64,000 nucleotides of DNA from Bacteriovoracia bacterium. Its GTDB lineage: Bacteria > Bdellovibrionota > UBA1018 > CAIPTA01. The notes beneath the pieces were generated by a model. That model was not told the origin of the DNA and did no database searches. It saw only the letters and a list, made by a program, of their open reading frames with translations. The position numbers and the translations under genes are program-made. Of the stretch, positions 29,526-38,177 are shown piece after piece. The stretch covers positions 128,001 to 192,000 of the forward strand of contig JBFWVL010000004.1 of assembly GCA_050246755.1 (NCBI GenBank). Direction: 5' to 3'. How positions within the stretch are numbered: the first letter of the stretch is position 1; every line of letters begins with the position of its first letter.

Positions 29526-29553
29526 TAAACATCCGACCACTGTCTACCGATAA
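29526..29553 (+). promoter_or_regulatory. Putative sigma28 promoter
   Basis: TAAA-N16-ACCGATAA, 6 nt before ATG 29560. Confidence 0.6.
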
Positions 29554-29559
29554 GTCACC

Positions 29560-30423
29560 ATGCTTATCTGCGCGTTCTTTTTACTCCTTTCGCCATTCGC
29601 CCAAGCCGGCGAACCGGCCTGGACCAGCTCGTGGCGGGGAATTCCGGAACTGCTCTCGGTGCTCGGATCGATTCCGGAAGGAAAGAAAATTTTAGCGCAG
29701 GCGAAAAAGAAAAATCCGGCCTTCCTTGAGCAGATGCATGCCGGCGAGGCTTCGTTTACCGAAAGCACTTTCGTGAGAACCTACTCGCTGCTCGACGGCA
29801 AAGAGAGAATCGAGCTGCGCCACGAAGTTACGCTGAGTAAAAAGCTGAATTTGGCGGAAGCCGTAGTGGACCTTGCGCACGAACTTATTCACTACACCGA
29901 CAAAGGAATGCTCGATCCCTACCGCCCGGGGTTTGCCCTCAAAGAATTCGTAAAAAATGGAATCGAAGGGCCGGGCGGGGAATTGGCGGCGTTGAAGGAA
30001 GAATGCAAAGTGGCTTGGGCGCTCGAGCGAGCCTACGCCACCTACCCAACGCATTTGCTGTGCTCCTCCTACCATAAAGGTGAATTTGGATTCGATATGG
30101 CGAAGGCCAAGAGGGACTACTACTCCCTGGGAGGCTGGTACCACAAAGTGGATCCGGAAATGCGTAAGGCGATGCCCGAGCTGACGCGGGCGAAGGTGCA
30201 ATTCAACTCGAGCTATGCGGGAAAGCCGTACCCGGTAGCGCTAGCGGAAGAATTTCAAGAAACAAGGAAAGCCGCCTGCGTGAACAACCGCCGGAAGTAT
30301 AGCTTGATCGCGGCCCAAGCCGATAGCGGTAGAAGCCCCGCGTCAGAAGACCTCGAGAATGAGCGAAGCCGGCTGAAGTGGTACGACCAAAACTTCTGCC
30401 GAGGCGAAGGCCCGAAAAAGTAG
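29560..30423 (+). CDS. Secreted hypothetical protein with HExxH zincin-like motif
   Basis: Signal peptide; LAHELIH followed by a downstream Glu (GELAA). Confidence 0.65.
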   Translation: MLICAFFLLLSPFAQAGEPAWTSSWRGIPELLSVLGSIPEGKKILAQAKKKNPAFLEQMHAGEASFTESTFVRTYSLLDGKERIELRHEVTLSKKLNLAEAVVDLAHELIHYTDKGMLDPYRPGFALKEFVKNGIEGPGGELAALKEECKVAWALERAYATYPTHLLCSSYHKGEFGFDMAKAKRDYYSLGGWYHKVDPEMRKAMPELTRAKVQFNSSYAGKPYPVALAEEFQETRKAACVNNRRKYSLIAAQADSGRSPASEDLENERSRLKWYDQNFCRGEGPKK

Positions 30424-30505
30424 GTAGCGGTAACGGCTAACGCGACGCTTCTCCGTAATCGTGTATTGGCTGGGGGTGCTTGCTTCAAATTGAAATCAGT
30501 GGTTC

Positions 30506-30539
30506 TATAAATATGATAATTATAGTTATCATATTTATA
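30506..30539. repeat. 34-bp palindrome, candidate tyrosine recombinase target or operator site
   Basis: TATAAATATGATAA-TTATAG-TTATCATATTTATA: perfect 14-bp arms, asymmetric 6-bp core, separated from the recombinase ATG by one base. Confidence 0.8.
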
Positions 30540-30540
30540 T

Positions 30541-31632
30541 ATGCAGTTTTGGCATCAAATTCAGTCCTGGCTAGGGTCCCTTATCTCCAGATGGCGAGCC
30601 TCTAAGCAATCACCAAGAAGGGTAGTGCCCACCCTTCATCCCTTTGTTTCAGAAGAAGCATTTGATTCCGGGCTTCCCCAAGTTTTGGAACCAACACTTC
30701 AAGAGCCTTGGCTAAAGGGTGAGATTATCCAGGAAATGCAGCGATTCCTGCAGGGGCAACGTTCTCCCCATACCAAAAGGGCCTACGAAAACGATTTGAA
30801 GCAGTTCATCGGCTACTTGCGTGCAGCTAGTCAATCCGGGGAATCTTTCGATGCGTTATTGGCCTACCGAGACTGGTTGGTACTGGAAAAAAGCGTGGGC
30901 GGGCCGGAGCTCTCGCGTACTTCCGCGAATCGAAAGTTCGCCACGGTCCGGAGTTTTCTTACCTGGCTGCAGGCAAGGGGAAAGGTAAGCCAGAATCCTT
31001 CGCTTTGGATCAAAAACTACCGGGCCCAAACTGAATCTCCCACCCAAGCCTTTAGCGATGCCGAAGTAGCGCAGATGCTCGCGCTACCGAATCAGAAATC
31101 TTCCTCCGGCCTCATGCACGCCGTAATCCTGCATTTTCTTTTTTTCTTAGGATTACGCCGGGGGGAGATCGTGGCGCTGAAAGCCAGCCATTTGGGGTGG
31201 AGCCGAGCGGGAGAGCATACCGTGCTCACCGTGAGGGTTCCCGGAAAAGGCGATAAGGAAAGAATCCTGCCTTTGCCGCTTAAGATGCAGCCCATCCTCC
31301 TGCGTTACCTCGAGCGCAGGCAGTTGGCGGTTGGCGATGAGCAGTATCTGTTTTCCCCGGTGCGAAATAATATTACCGGCGTAAAGAGCAAATCCATCGA
31401 TGCACAGTCGATTTACTATATTGTGAAAAAATACGCCGAAGCGGCGGGGATCATGAGGCGGGTAAGCCCTCATTCTTGCCGGGCCACCGCGATCTCCAAT
31501 GCCCTCGACCACGCCGCTTCTCATCGATCGGTGCAGCAGATGGCCGGCTGGAGTTCGCCGCTTATGATTGCCCGCTACGACAAACGCCGTACCGACCTAC
31601 AGCACTCCGCGGTGCATCTGGTGGACTACTAG
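30541..31632 (+). CDS. Tyrosine recombinase/integrase
   Basis: SAM-like core-binding domain (SPHTKRAYENDLKQF); catalytic residues R (GLRRGE), K (GKGDK), H-x-x-R (PHSCR), W (AGWSS), Y (ARYD). Confidence 0.93.
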   Translation: MQFWHQIQSWLGSLISRWRASKQSPRRVVPTLHPFVSEEAFDSGLPQVLEPTLQEPWLKGEIIQEMQRFLQGQRSPHTKRAYENDLKQFIGYLRAASQSGESFDALLAYRDWLVLEKSVGGPELSRTSANRKFATVRSFLTWLQARGKVSQNPSLWIKNYRAQTESPTQAFSDAEVAQMLALPNQKSSSGLMHAVILHFLFFLGLRRGEIVALKASHLGWSRAGEHTVLTVRVPGKGDKERILPLPLKMQPILLRYLERRQLAVGDEQYLFSPVRNNITGVKSKSIDAQSIYYIVKKYAEAAGIMRRVSPHSCRATAISNALDHAASHRSVQQMAGWSSPLMIARYDKRRTDLQHSAVHLVDY

Positions 31633-31770
31633 GCCCGGTTCTAGGCGAGCTAGGAGCCTTGTAAAGGCGTGCTAAAACCCGGGATAAGGCCCATTGGGGC
31701 ATTGGGGGCGGAGAGGGACTTCGGCGCTCTTTGCCCGAATCAAGGGGTTGCGAGCCCCATTTATATTCGA

Positions 31771-31790
31771 CTTAAAAAGGCCTTTTTAAG
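31771..31790. repeat. Perfect 20-bp palindrome
   Basis: CTTAAAAAGG|CCTTTTTAAG. Confidence 0.7.
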
Positions 31791-31894
31791 GGATTTGGGC
31801 CGGGAAATAAGCCAAAAACAGTCGAAGTTTTAGGCAGTTGTCAGTTTATGGGCGCGTTGTGCCTGGGGGCCGAGCATAGGATAATAGAACTAGG

Positions 31895-32557
31895 ATGAAT
31901 CTTATATTTTATAGCGGCGGCAATACTCGGGAAAATCGACCCCTCGCACGAGAGGTGGCCGCATCCCTTAGGGATAAACGTAATCCCGTGATTACTTTTG
32001 TGCCTGCAGATTCCGAAAGTGCGAACGAAGATTTCCGGGCTTTTAAGCGTTCTTTTTCCCGCTCCGGAATTCGGCGTTTTCGCTGCATTCCCGTGGACGT
32101 GGCTCTCTCGGCGAAAAACGAAAAATTACTCCTGAGTTCCGACGCTATCTTTCTCGGCGGCGGAAATACCTTCTATTTTTTGGATAGCCTGCGCAAACGG
32201 AAGCTGCTCCCTAAGCTGCGCCGCTTCGCTAAAAATGGTGGCCTGCTGATGGGGCTTTCTGCCGGCAGTATTCTCATGACTCCCTCGATCATGACCGCCG
32301 CGGTGCCCGCGATCGACAGTGATGATAACGAAATCGGACTGCGTAATTTTAAGGCGCTGAAATTAGTGCCCTTCGAATTTTCTCCCCATTATTATCGTTC
32401 TCGCGAAGCCGACGAAGAGCTGAAAAATTATTCCAAACAGCTGCCTCATCCCATCTACGCCTGTAAAGACGGCGAGGGAATCGTGGTGAAAAATGGATCG
32501 ATTCATTTCATTGGGCGCGTGGCGGTATTTCGCAACGGCGCCAAGTTCCGGATGTAG
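31895..32557 (+). CDS. Peptidase S51 / dipeptidase E-like (GATase1 fold)
   Basis: FLGGGNT, GLSAGS nucleophile elbow, FSPHY. Confidence 0.88.
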   Translation: MNLIFYSGGNTRENRPLAREVAASLRDKRNPVITFVPADSESANEDFRAFKRSFSRSGIRRFRCIPVDVALSAKNEKLLLSSDAIFLGGGNTFYFLDSLRKRKLLPKLRRFAKNGGLLMGLSAGSILMTPSIMTAAVPAIDSDDNEIGLRNFKALKLVPFEFSPHYYRSREADEELKNYSKQLPHPIYACKDGEGIVVKNGSIHFIGRVAVFRNGAKFRM

Positions 32558-32620
32558 ATTTTTTTCCGAGCTCCCCGGAAAATAGGGTAGAGTGGTTGGT
32601 CTCACGAGAAAGAGGCCAAC

Positions 32621-35227
32621 ATGAAAGAATCCAGCCCGCAAACCATCCAGCTCAAAGAATACGAAGTTCCCGCCTTTCTCATCAATACGATCGATCTCAA
32701 TTTCGATCTCCAGGAAGAGCATACCGACGTAACCACGCGGATCGTTTTTCGCGCGAACCCTAAAGGCAAGGCGGGGCCGCTCGTGCTCGAAGGCGAGAAG
32801 CTGGAGCTGCGTTTCGTGCGCATCAACGGTAAAGAGATTGCCGCGGCCGATTATACCGTGACGGATACCTTGCTCACCGTTCCCGGGGTTCCCAAAGGCG
32901 AATTCACTTTCGAATGCGGAACCCGCATTAAGCCCCAGGAAAACCTCACGCTCGAGGGGCTCTATAAATCCAAGGGTATGTTCTGCACGCAGTGCGAAGC
33001 CCAGGGGTTCCGCAAGATCACGTATTATCCCGACCGCCCCGACGTGATGGCCATTTTCACCACTTCGATCGAAGCCGACAAAAAAATGTACCCGATCCTG
33101 CTCGCGAACGGGAATTTGGTAGAGAAGGGGGACGTGGCGAACGGCCGCCACCGCGCTAAATGGCACGACCCCTTTCGTAAGCCCGCTTACCTTTTCGCGC
33201 TCGTGGCCGGCGACCTCGGAAAAACCGAGGACCATTTCGTGACAAGCTCGGGCCGCAAAGTGAAGCTCGAGATCTACGTGGACAAAGGCAACGAGGATAG
33301 AACCGCGCACGCCATGGATTCGCTGAAAAAATCCATGAAGTGGGACGAAGAAACCTTCGGCCTCGAATACGATCTGGATATTTTCATGATTGTGGCCGTG
33401 GATGATTTTAATTTCGGCGCCATGGAAAATAAGGGTCTGAATATTTTCAACTCGAGCTACGTGCTCGCCAAGCCTTCCACCGCTACCGATACCGATTATG
33501 AAGGCATTGAGGGGGTGGTGGCCCATGAGTATTTCCATAACTGGACCGGGAACCGCATCACCTGCCGTGATTGGTTCCAGCTTTCGCTCAAAGAGGGGCT
33601 TACCGTTTATCGCGATCAGGAGTTCAGCTCGGATATGACCTCGCGGGCCGTGTGCCGGATCGATAACGTGAGCCGTTTGCGGATGTACCAGTTCGCGGAA
33701 GACGCCGGCCCAATGGCGCATCCGATTCGTCCTTCGAGCTATATCGAGATCAATAATTTCTATACCGCCACGGTTTATGAAAAGGGCTCGGAAGTGATCC
33801 GCATGATCGCGACCATTCTCGGCCGCGAGGGCTTCCGCAAAGGAATGGATAAATACTTCGAGCTCTTCGATGGCCAGGCCGTGACCACCGAGGATTTCGT
33901 GCACGCCATGGAGCTCGCCAACGGCGCCGACCTGAAACAATTCCGGGAAACCTGGTACGAGCAGGCCGGTACTCCGGAATTGAATATCGCCGCCTTCTAC
34001 GACGAAAAATCCCAGGTTTATACGCTGGACATTCAGCAGCATTGCCCGCCCACGCCGGGGCAGGAATCGAAACGCCCGTTTCATATTCCCTTCAAGCTCG
34101 CCTTGCTTGATTCGTCGGGGAGCGCGATGGTGGAGCAGACCCTACACCTGAAGAAAGCGCAGGAAAAATTTGAGTTCAAGCTGGCGCGTAAGCCCGTGCC
34201 TTCTTTTCTCCGCGAATTTTCGGCCCCGGTGAAGCTGAAATTCGACTACGCCAAGGAAGAACTCCTGTTCCTGCTCGCGAAAGATAAAGATTCTTTTGCC
34301 CGCTGGGAGGCCGGCCAAACTCTTACCCTGCGTTTGCTCCAGGATCTGATCAGCGGCCACGCCGCGGGCAAGACCCTTAGCGCGGACGCTGATTATCTCG
34401 ATACGCTCGGAAAAATTGCGGCGGACGCTTCGATCGATCCCGCATTTCGCGCCCAGCTCCTCGAGCTTCCGGACGAGGGCTATATCGGCCAGCAACAAGC
34501 CACCATTCTGGTGGATTCCGTCCACGCGGCGAGGGATTTTCTTTCGGCCTCGATCGGCAAAAAAAACGAGGCATATTTTGCCAAGCTGTATGAATCGCTT
34601 TCGGGCACCCGCGCCTACCGCTACGATCCCCTTGAAGTAGGCATGCGCTCGCTCAAGGCTACGGCTTTGGGTTTTCTGACCGAAACCGGGAAGTCCGAAT
34701 ACCGTGCCGAAGCGCTGCGGCTCCTCAAGGAAGCCAATAATATGAGCGATGAAGTATTCGCCCTGCGCGCCCTCATTCACCATGAGTGCGCCGAGCGCGA
34801 AGAAGCGCTTCACCATTTCTACCAAAAATGGCAGAAGGAAACGCTCGTGATGAATAAATGGCTGGCCATGCAGGCCGTTTCGAGCTTGCCGGGCGGGCTC
34901 GAGCGCGTGAAGCGGATCATGAAGGATCCTATTTTCAACATCAATAATCCCAATAAAGTAAGCTCGCTGCTGGTTGCGTTCGGCCGCCTCAACCTTACGC
35001 AGTTCCATAGCATCGACGGCTCCAGTTACCGATTCTTTGCTGATCAGGTGATGGACTGCGACTCGCGCAATCCCAGCTTAGGCGCGCGCCTAGTTTCGCT
35101 CTTCAATCAGTGGAAGCGTTTTGATCCTACTCGCCAGCAGCTCATGCGTGCGGAGCTGGAGCGTATCGTGGCTAAGCCGGGCCTTTCGGCGGGCGTTTAC
35201 GAAATCGCCTCGAAGGCCCTGAAGTAG
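32621..35227 (+). CDS. pepN: Aminopeptidase N (M1 family)
   Basis: TQCEAQGFR, GAMENKGLNIFN, HEYFHNWTGNR and YEKG motifs. Confidence 0.97.
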   Translation: MKESSPQTIQLKEYEVPAFLINTIDLNFDLQEEHTDVTTRIVFRANPKGKAGPLVLEGEKLELRFVRINGKEIAAADYTVTDTLLTVPGVPKGEFTFECGTRIKPQENLTLEGLYKSKGMFCTQCEAQGFRKITYYPDRPDVMAIFTTSIEADKKMYPILLANGNLVEKGDVANGRHRAKWHDPFRKPAYLFALVAGDLGKTEDHFVTSSGRKVKLEIYVDKGNEDRTAHAMDSLKKSMKWDEETFGLEYDLDIFMIVAVDDFNFGAMENKGLNIFNSSYVLAKPSTATDTDYEGIEGVVAHEYFHNWTGNRITCRDWFQLSLKEGLTVYRDQEFSSDMTSRAVCRIDNVSRLRMYQFAEDAGPMAHPIRPSSYIEINNFYTATVYEKGSEVIRMIATILGREGFRKGMDKYFELFDGQAVTTEDFVHAMELANGADLKQFRETWYEQAGTPELNIAAFYDEKSQVYTLDIQQHCPPTPGQESKRPFHIPFKLALLDSSGSAMVEQTLHLKKAQEKFEFKLARKPVPSFLREFSAPVKLKFDYAKEELLFLLAKDKDSFARWEAGQTLTLRLLQDLISGHAAGKTLSADADYLDTLGKIAADASIDPAFRAQLLELPDEGYIGQQQATILVDSVHAARDFLSASIGKKNEAYFAKLYESLSGTRAYRYDPLEVGMRSLKATALGFLTETGKSEYRAEALRLLKEANNMSDEVFALRALIHHECAEREEALHHFYQKWQKETLVMNKWLAMQAVSSLPGGLERVKRIMKDPIFNINNPNKVSSLLVAFGRLNLTQFHSIDGSSYRFFADQVMDCDSRNPSLGARLVSLFNQWKRFDPTRQQLMRAELERIVAKPGLSAGVYEIASKALK

Positions 35228-35267
35228 GGGATTGTTGTTCAAAGGCGAACAAGGTATCTTTTTGGGT

Positions 35268-36272
35268 ATGCGTTTATTGATCTTCGCTGCCACTTTGCTG
35301 CTTGCGAGTTGCGCCTCCGTGGAATCGGATATTTCTTCCAACGATAGGCTTTCGCTGGTTCGCACCCGCGTGGATTTCAATCCGATCACCCGCCCCGAAA
35401 GAGAAAAGCTGATTCAGTTCGAAGCGAGGGCGCTCGAAGCCGCTACCGCGCCGATCAAGGCCGAATTGGCCGAGGTAGCAAGGGCCCGCAAAGAGCGTTA
35501 CGAACAGATCAAAGGGCAATTTCCCGATTGTGAAAAGCAAAAGCACTGCGTTTCCACCTTGGCTCGCGGAAACGTAAAAGATTTCGAGCGCTATAACGAG
35601 CTTACGAAAACGCTGCGAGGTTTTGATCTAAAAGCGATCGAGCTCGAGGCCAGCATCCGGGCCTGGCAGAATCGTTACGAGCTGCGCACGCGCTCGATCA
35701 ATAACCGCTTTCTCGTGCACGAGATCCTGCAGCTGCCGAAAGTAGAGCCGCGCTTGTCTAGCGTGATGGTGCACTCGCTGCAGGCCTTCGATTCCCGCCG
35801 ACCTCTTTCCGAGCGCCTCCTGAGGCTCGCGGACAATGACGCGGTGGCCACCACCTGGGGCGATCTTAATTTTACCATGCTTGGCCGCCCCGTGGATGAA
35901 GCTGCCGTGATTGCCACCTTCGATGTTTTCCTCAGCAAAAATCCTGAGATCAAAGATCAAAAAGTGGGGGAGCGTTTCGTGGTGAGTTTTTTGGTGAATT
36001 CCCAAAACGCGGATTCTCTTTCCTACGATGCGGGCTTCCTGCGCTTTTGGGCTGGGCTCTTCGCGGAGCGCGAGCAGAGAAATCTCCGGGAAAAGGCGCT
36101 CTGCGCGCTCTATTCCATCGCGGGCGACACTCTCGTCCCTAAGCTTTCCGATGCCCGGGCTAGCTCCTGCGCCATGGAGCGCGCGCGTATGCAGTCGCCG
36201 CAGAAAACGAAGCAGTTTGGGGCGGAAGAATGGCTATTGCCGATAGGGTATTTTCACGTGCAGGCCGAGTAG
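35268..36272 (+). CDS. Putative lipoprotein
   Basis: Lipobox LLASC; coiled-coil N-terminal region. Confidence 0.7.
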   Translation: MRLLIFAATLLLASCASVESDISSNDRLSLVRTRVDFNPITRPEREKLIQFEARALEAATAPIKAELAEVARARKERYEQIKGQFPDCEKQKHCVSTLARGNVKDFERYNELTKTLRGFDLKAIELEASIRAWQNRYELRTRSINNRFLVHEILQLPKVEPRLSSVMVHSLQAFDSRRPLSERLLRLADNDAVATTWGDLNFTMLGRPVDEAAVIATFDVFLSKNPEIKDQKVGERFVVSFLVNSQNADSLSYDAGFLRFWAGLFAEREQRNLREKALCALYSIAGDTLVPKLSDARASSCAMERARMQSPQKTKQFGAEEWLLPIGYFHVQAE

Positions 36273-36274
36273 GA

Positions 36275-36736
36275 TCAGTCGCCGGCTACCATTTTACGGG
36301 CGGAGTCTTCACAGAGAACTTTTCCGTTTAGGGTCAAGCGGACCACGAACGTGCCGTCTTCGTATTTTTCGCCGAATACGTCTCTGCCCTTATCGAAGTT
36401 CTCTACTAGGCGATAGTTTTTATTGTCTTTCCAGCTTTGCGCGGCGGTGGCCCAGTCTTTTTTCTTCGTAGACTGCGCTTTTTTGCCCTTGGTGGCCGAG
36501 ATTTCCAATTTTACTTTTGGGTCTTCGCCGGCTTTTACCAGGAGGCCTTCAAATCCCGCATCGGGTGACCATTCTCCCATATCGAAGATCGAAACCTTTG
36601 TTACGAGTTTTCCCTCAACGAGCTCTTCGTATTCATTGAACGCTTGCACGCGCTTACCGCAAGTTTCGGTCTTCGCCATCGCGGGCACGGAAAGAATCAA
36701 CAATGCCAAAACGGCGACTAAGGTAATTCTGGGCAT
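36275..36736 (-). CDS. Secreted hypothetical protein
   Basis: Signal peptide (AMA); overlaps the 3' end of the upstream endopeptidase gene. Confidence 0.7.
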   Translation of the reverse strand: MPRITLVAVLALLILSVPAMAKTETCGKRVQAFNEYEELVEGKLVTKVSIFDMGEWSPDAGFEGLLVKAGEDPKVKLEISATKGKKAQSTKKKDWATAAQSWKDNKNYRLVENFDKGRDVFGEKYEDGTFVVRLTLNGKVLCEDSARKMVAGD

Positions 36737-38037
36737 ACTTTAGGATCCACCTTTAGATTGGCGCACACGTTCCGCGTTACCGCGGAGGGCGGGAAACAGG
36801 CATGAATATGGTTGCTGTGGTTCGCGAGAGGCCGGGTGCCTAAGCTAGTATCGTTGAAAAAGAGCTGCCCAGTATTTACGCCTTTGGATTTTAGGAGATT
36901 AATCAATTTGCGGGCCATCGCTTTGTCGTAGCCCGAGTCCGTATAGTTCACTGGTGAATCCGCAAATCCGCCTTTGCGCGGAGGCCGGATATCTATGCAG
37001 TAACCCTGTGTGTGCGAGCGATGGGAGTTGAAAAGAGGGCGGGAACGGTCGGAGATGTCGCCGAACTGCAATGTGCAGCCCGCACGGTCCGGGCAAATTT
37101 TTCTCCAGTCCTGAAGTACCGAAATGAGCACGCAGGCGGTAACCGGATTAGCATAAACGTCGTTGCCCACTGGTTGATCGGGCTGGTAGTGGTTCGATCC
37201 ACAGGGAGCTACGTTACCGCGTCCCAGGAGAGGAATTTGCACGAGGCCACGATTCGTCTTCAGCCCGGCTCTGGAGGCACGGGGATTTTTAATCAAAGCC
37301 TGCAGCGAAGCTACGAAAGTGCTGGGCTTCGGAACCGTGGGGGCCGGAGGAATAACCGGAGCCGGCGTGGGATCCATGTCGCTGATGCGAGTGCCGATCG
37401 CATTGCTCACGCTGGTCATGGCGTTCACGGCGGAATCGCTGCGTGCTCGATTGCAACCGGCGCCGTTGCAGTCCGGCACGTTATCCGGTGGCGTGGTGGA
37501 AGGGCGCACAATCTGCGGTAAGGAAACTAAATCGGCCGCCGCCGCGGCTCGCGCCTTAAGATAATTTTTCGACACCCAGCCTTGGTTCGGGCATCCACGG
37601 ATAGCGTTGGGGAGCTTTACCTTGATGAAAGTATTTACTCCGTGTACTACCGCGCGATCTGCGGTGGGAATGAGTTTCGTGCCTTTCGGCAAAGCGCATT
37701 CGTAACTTTCTTCGGAAAGATTCGGTGCCGAGCGGAAGCTGAGGCCCTCGGTGTCGACTTCCGTGGTGGCCGCGGAAGCTTTGGCTTTTATGTAGGCCGA
37801 ATGAACGAAACCTTCGGCTGGGCATCCCCGGGCATTTACTTTAACCTTGATCCAGTCGGAATCGGCGCGCCCGGTGGCGATCAACTCGGATCCTCGGCTT
37901 ACTTCGCAGAGAATCGCGCCACCGGCCGTTCTTACGTTTAGTCCGCTGGACGTGACGGTGACGGTTTGGTCCGCCAGAGCGGTGAAGCTCATACCGAAAA
38001 TTCCAAGGGCGATAAAAAGGTTCGCGGGAAATGCCAT
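36718..38037 (-). CDS. Secreted SH3b-repeat protein with MepA-like (penicillin-insensitive) murein endopeptidase domain
   Basis: Two SH3b-like units (GLNVR..GFVHSAYI; GLSFR..GWVSKNYL), Pro-rich linker, GDIS..HRSHTQGYCIDIR..HSNHIH LAS-type metal ligands. Confidence 0.8.
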   Translation of the reverse strand: MAFPANLFIALGIFGMSFTALADQTVTVTSSGLNVRTAGGAILCEVSRGSELIATGRADSDWIKVKVNARGCPAEGFVHSAYIKAKASAATTEVDTEGLSFRSAPNLSEESYECALPKGTKLIPTADRAVVHGVNTFIKVKLPNAIRGCPNQGWVSKNYLKARAAAAADLVSLPQIVRPSTTPPDNVPDCNGAGCNRARSDSAVNAMTSVSNAIGTRISDMDPTPAPVIPPAPTVPKPSTFVASLQALIKNPRASRAGLKTNRGLVQIPLLGRGNVAPCGSNHYQPDQPVGNDVYANPVTACVLISVLQDWRKICPDRAGCTLQFGDISDRSRPLFNSHRSHTQGYCIDIRPPRKGGFADSPVNYTDSGYDKAMARKLINLLKSKGVNTGQLFFNDTSLGTRPLANHSNHIHACFPPSAVTRNVCANLKVDPKVCPELP

Positions 38038-38110
38038 GGCTATAAATCGGAATAGGCTGGGCTTAACTTGAGAGCAATGGGCCGGCAAGCCTGCTTATCG
38101 AATACCCATG

Positions 38111-38138
38111 ATGTCGGATAAGATATATTATGTTTGGT
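38111..38138 (+). other. dif-like Xer recombination site (candidate replication terminus)
   Basis: ATGTCGGATAA-GATATA-TTATGTTTGGT, an 11-6-11 layout matching the dif core ATAA-N6-TTATGTT. Confidence 0.6.
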
Positions 38139-38143
38139 AAAAC

Positions 38144-38171
38144 TAAAGGTTTCCGTGTGTTGGGCCGATAA
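38144..38171 (+). promoter_or_regulatory. Putative sigma28 promoter
   Basis: TAAA-N16-GCCGATAA, 6 nt before ATG 38178. Confidence 0.65.
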
Positions 38172-38177
38172 GACTAC

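Noticed and set aside
29560-32557. Prophage or genomic island around the recombinase
   Set aside because: No phage, conjugation or IS genes, no adjacent tRNA, and no direct att repeats seen; neighbours look chromosomal.
32363-34084. 573-aa minus-strand ORF
   Set aside because: Antisense shadow of pepN.
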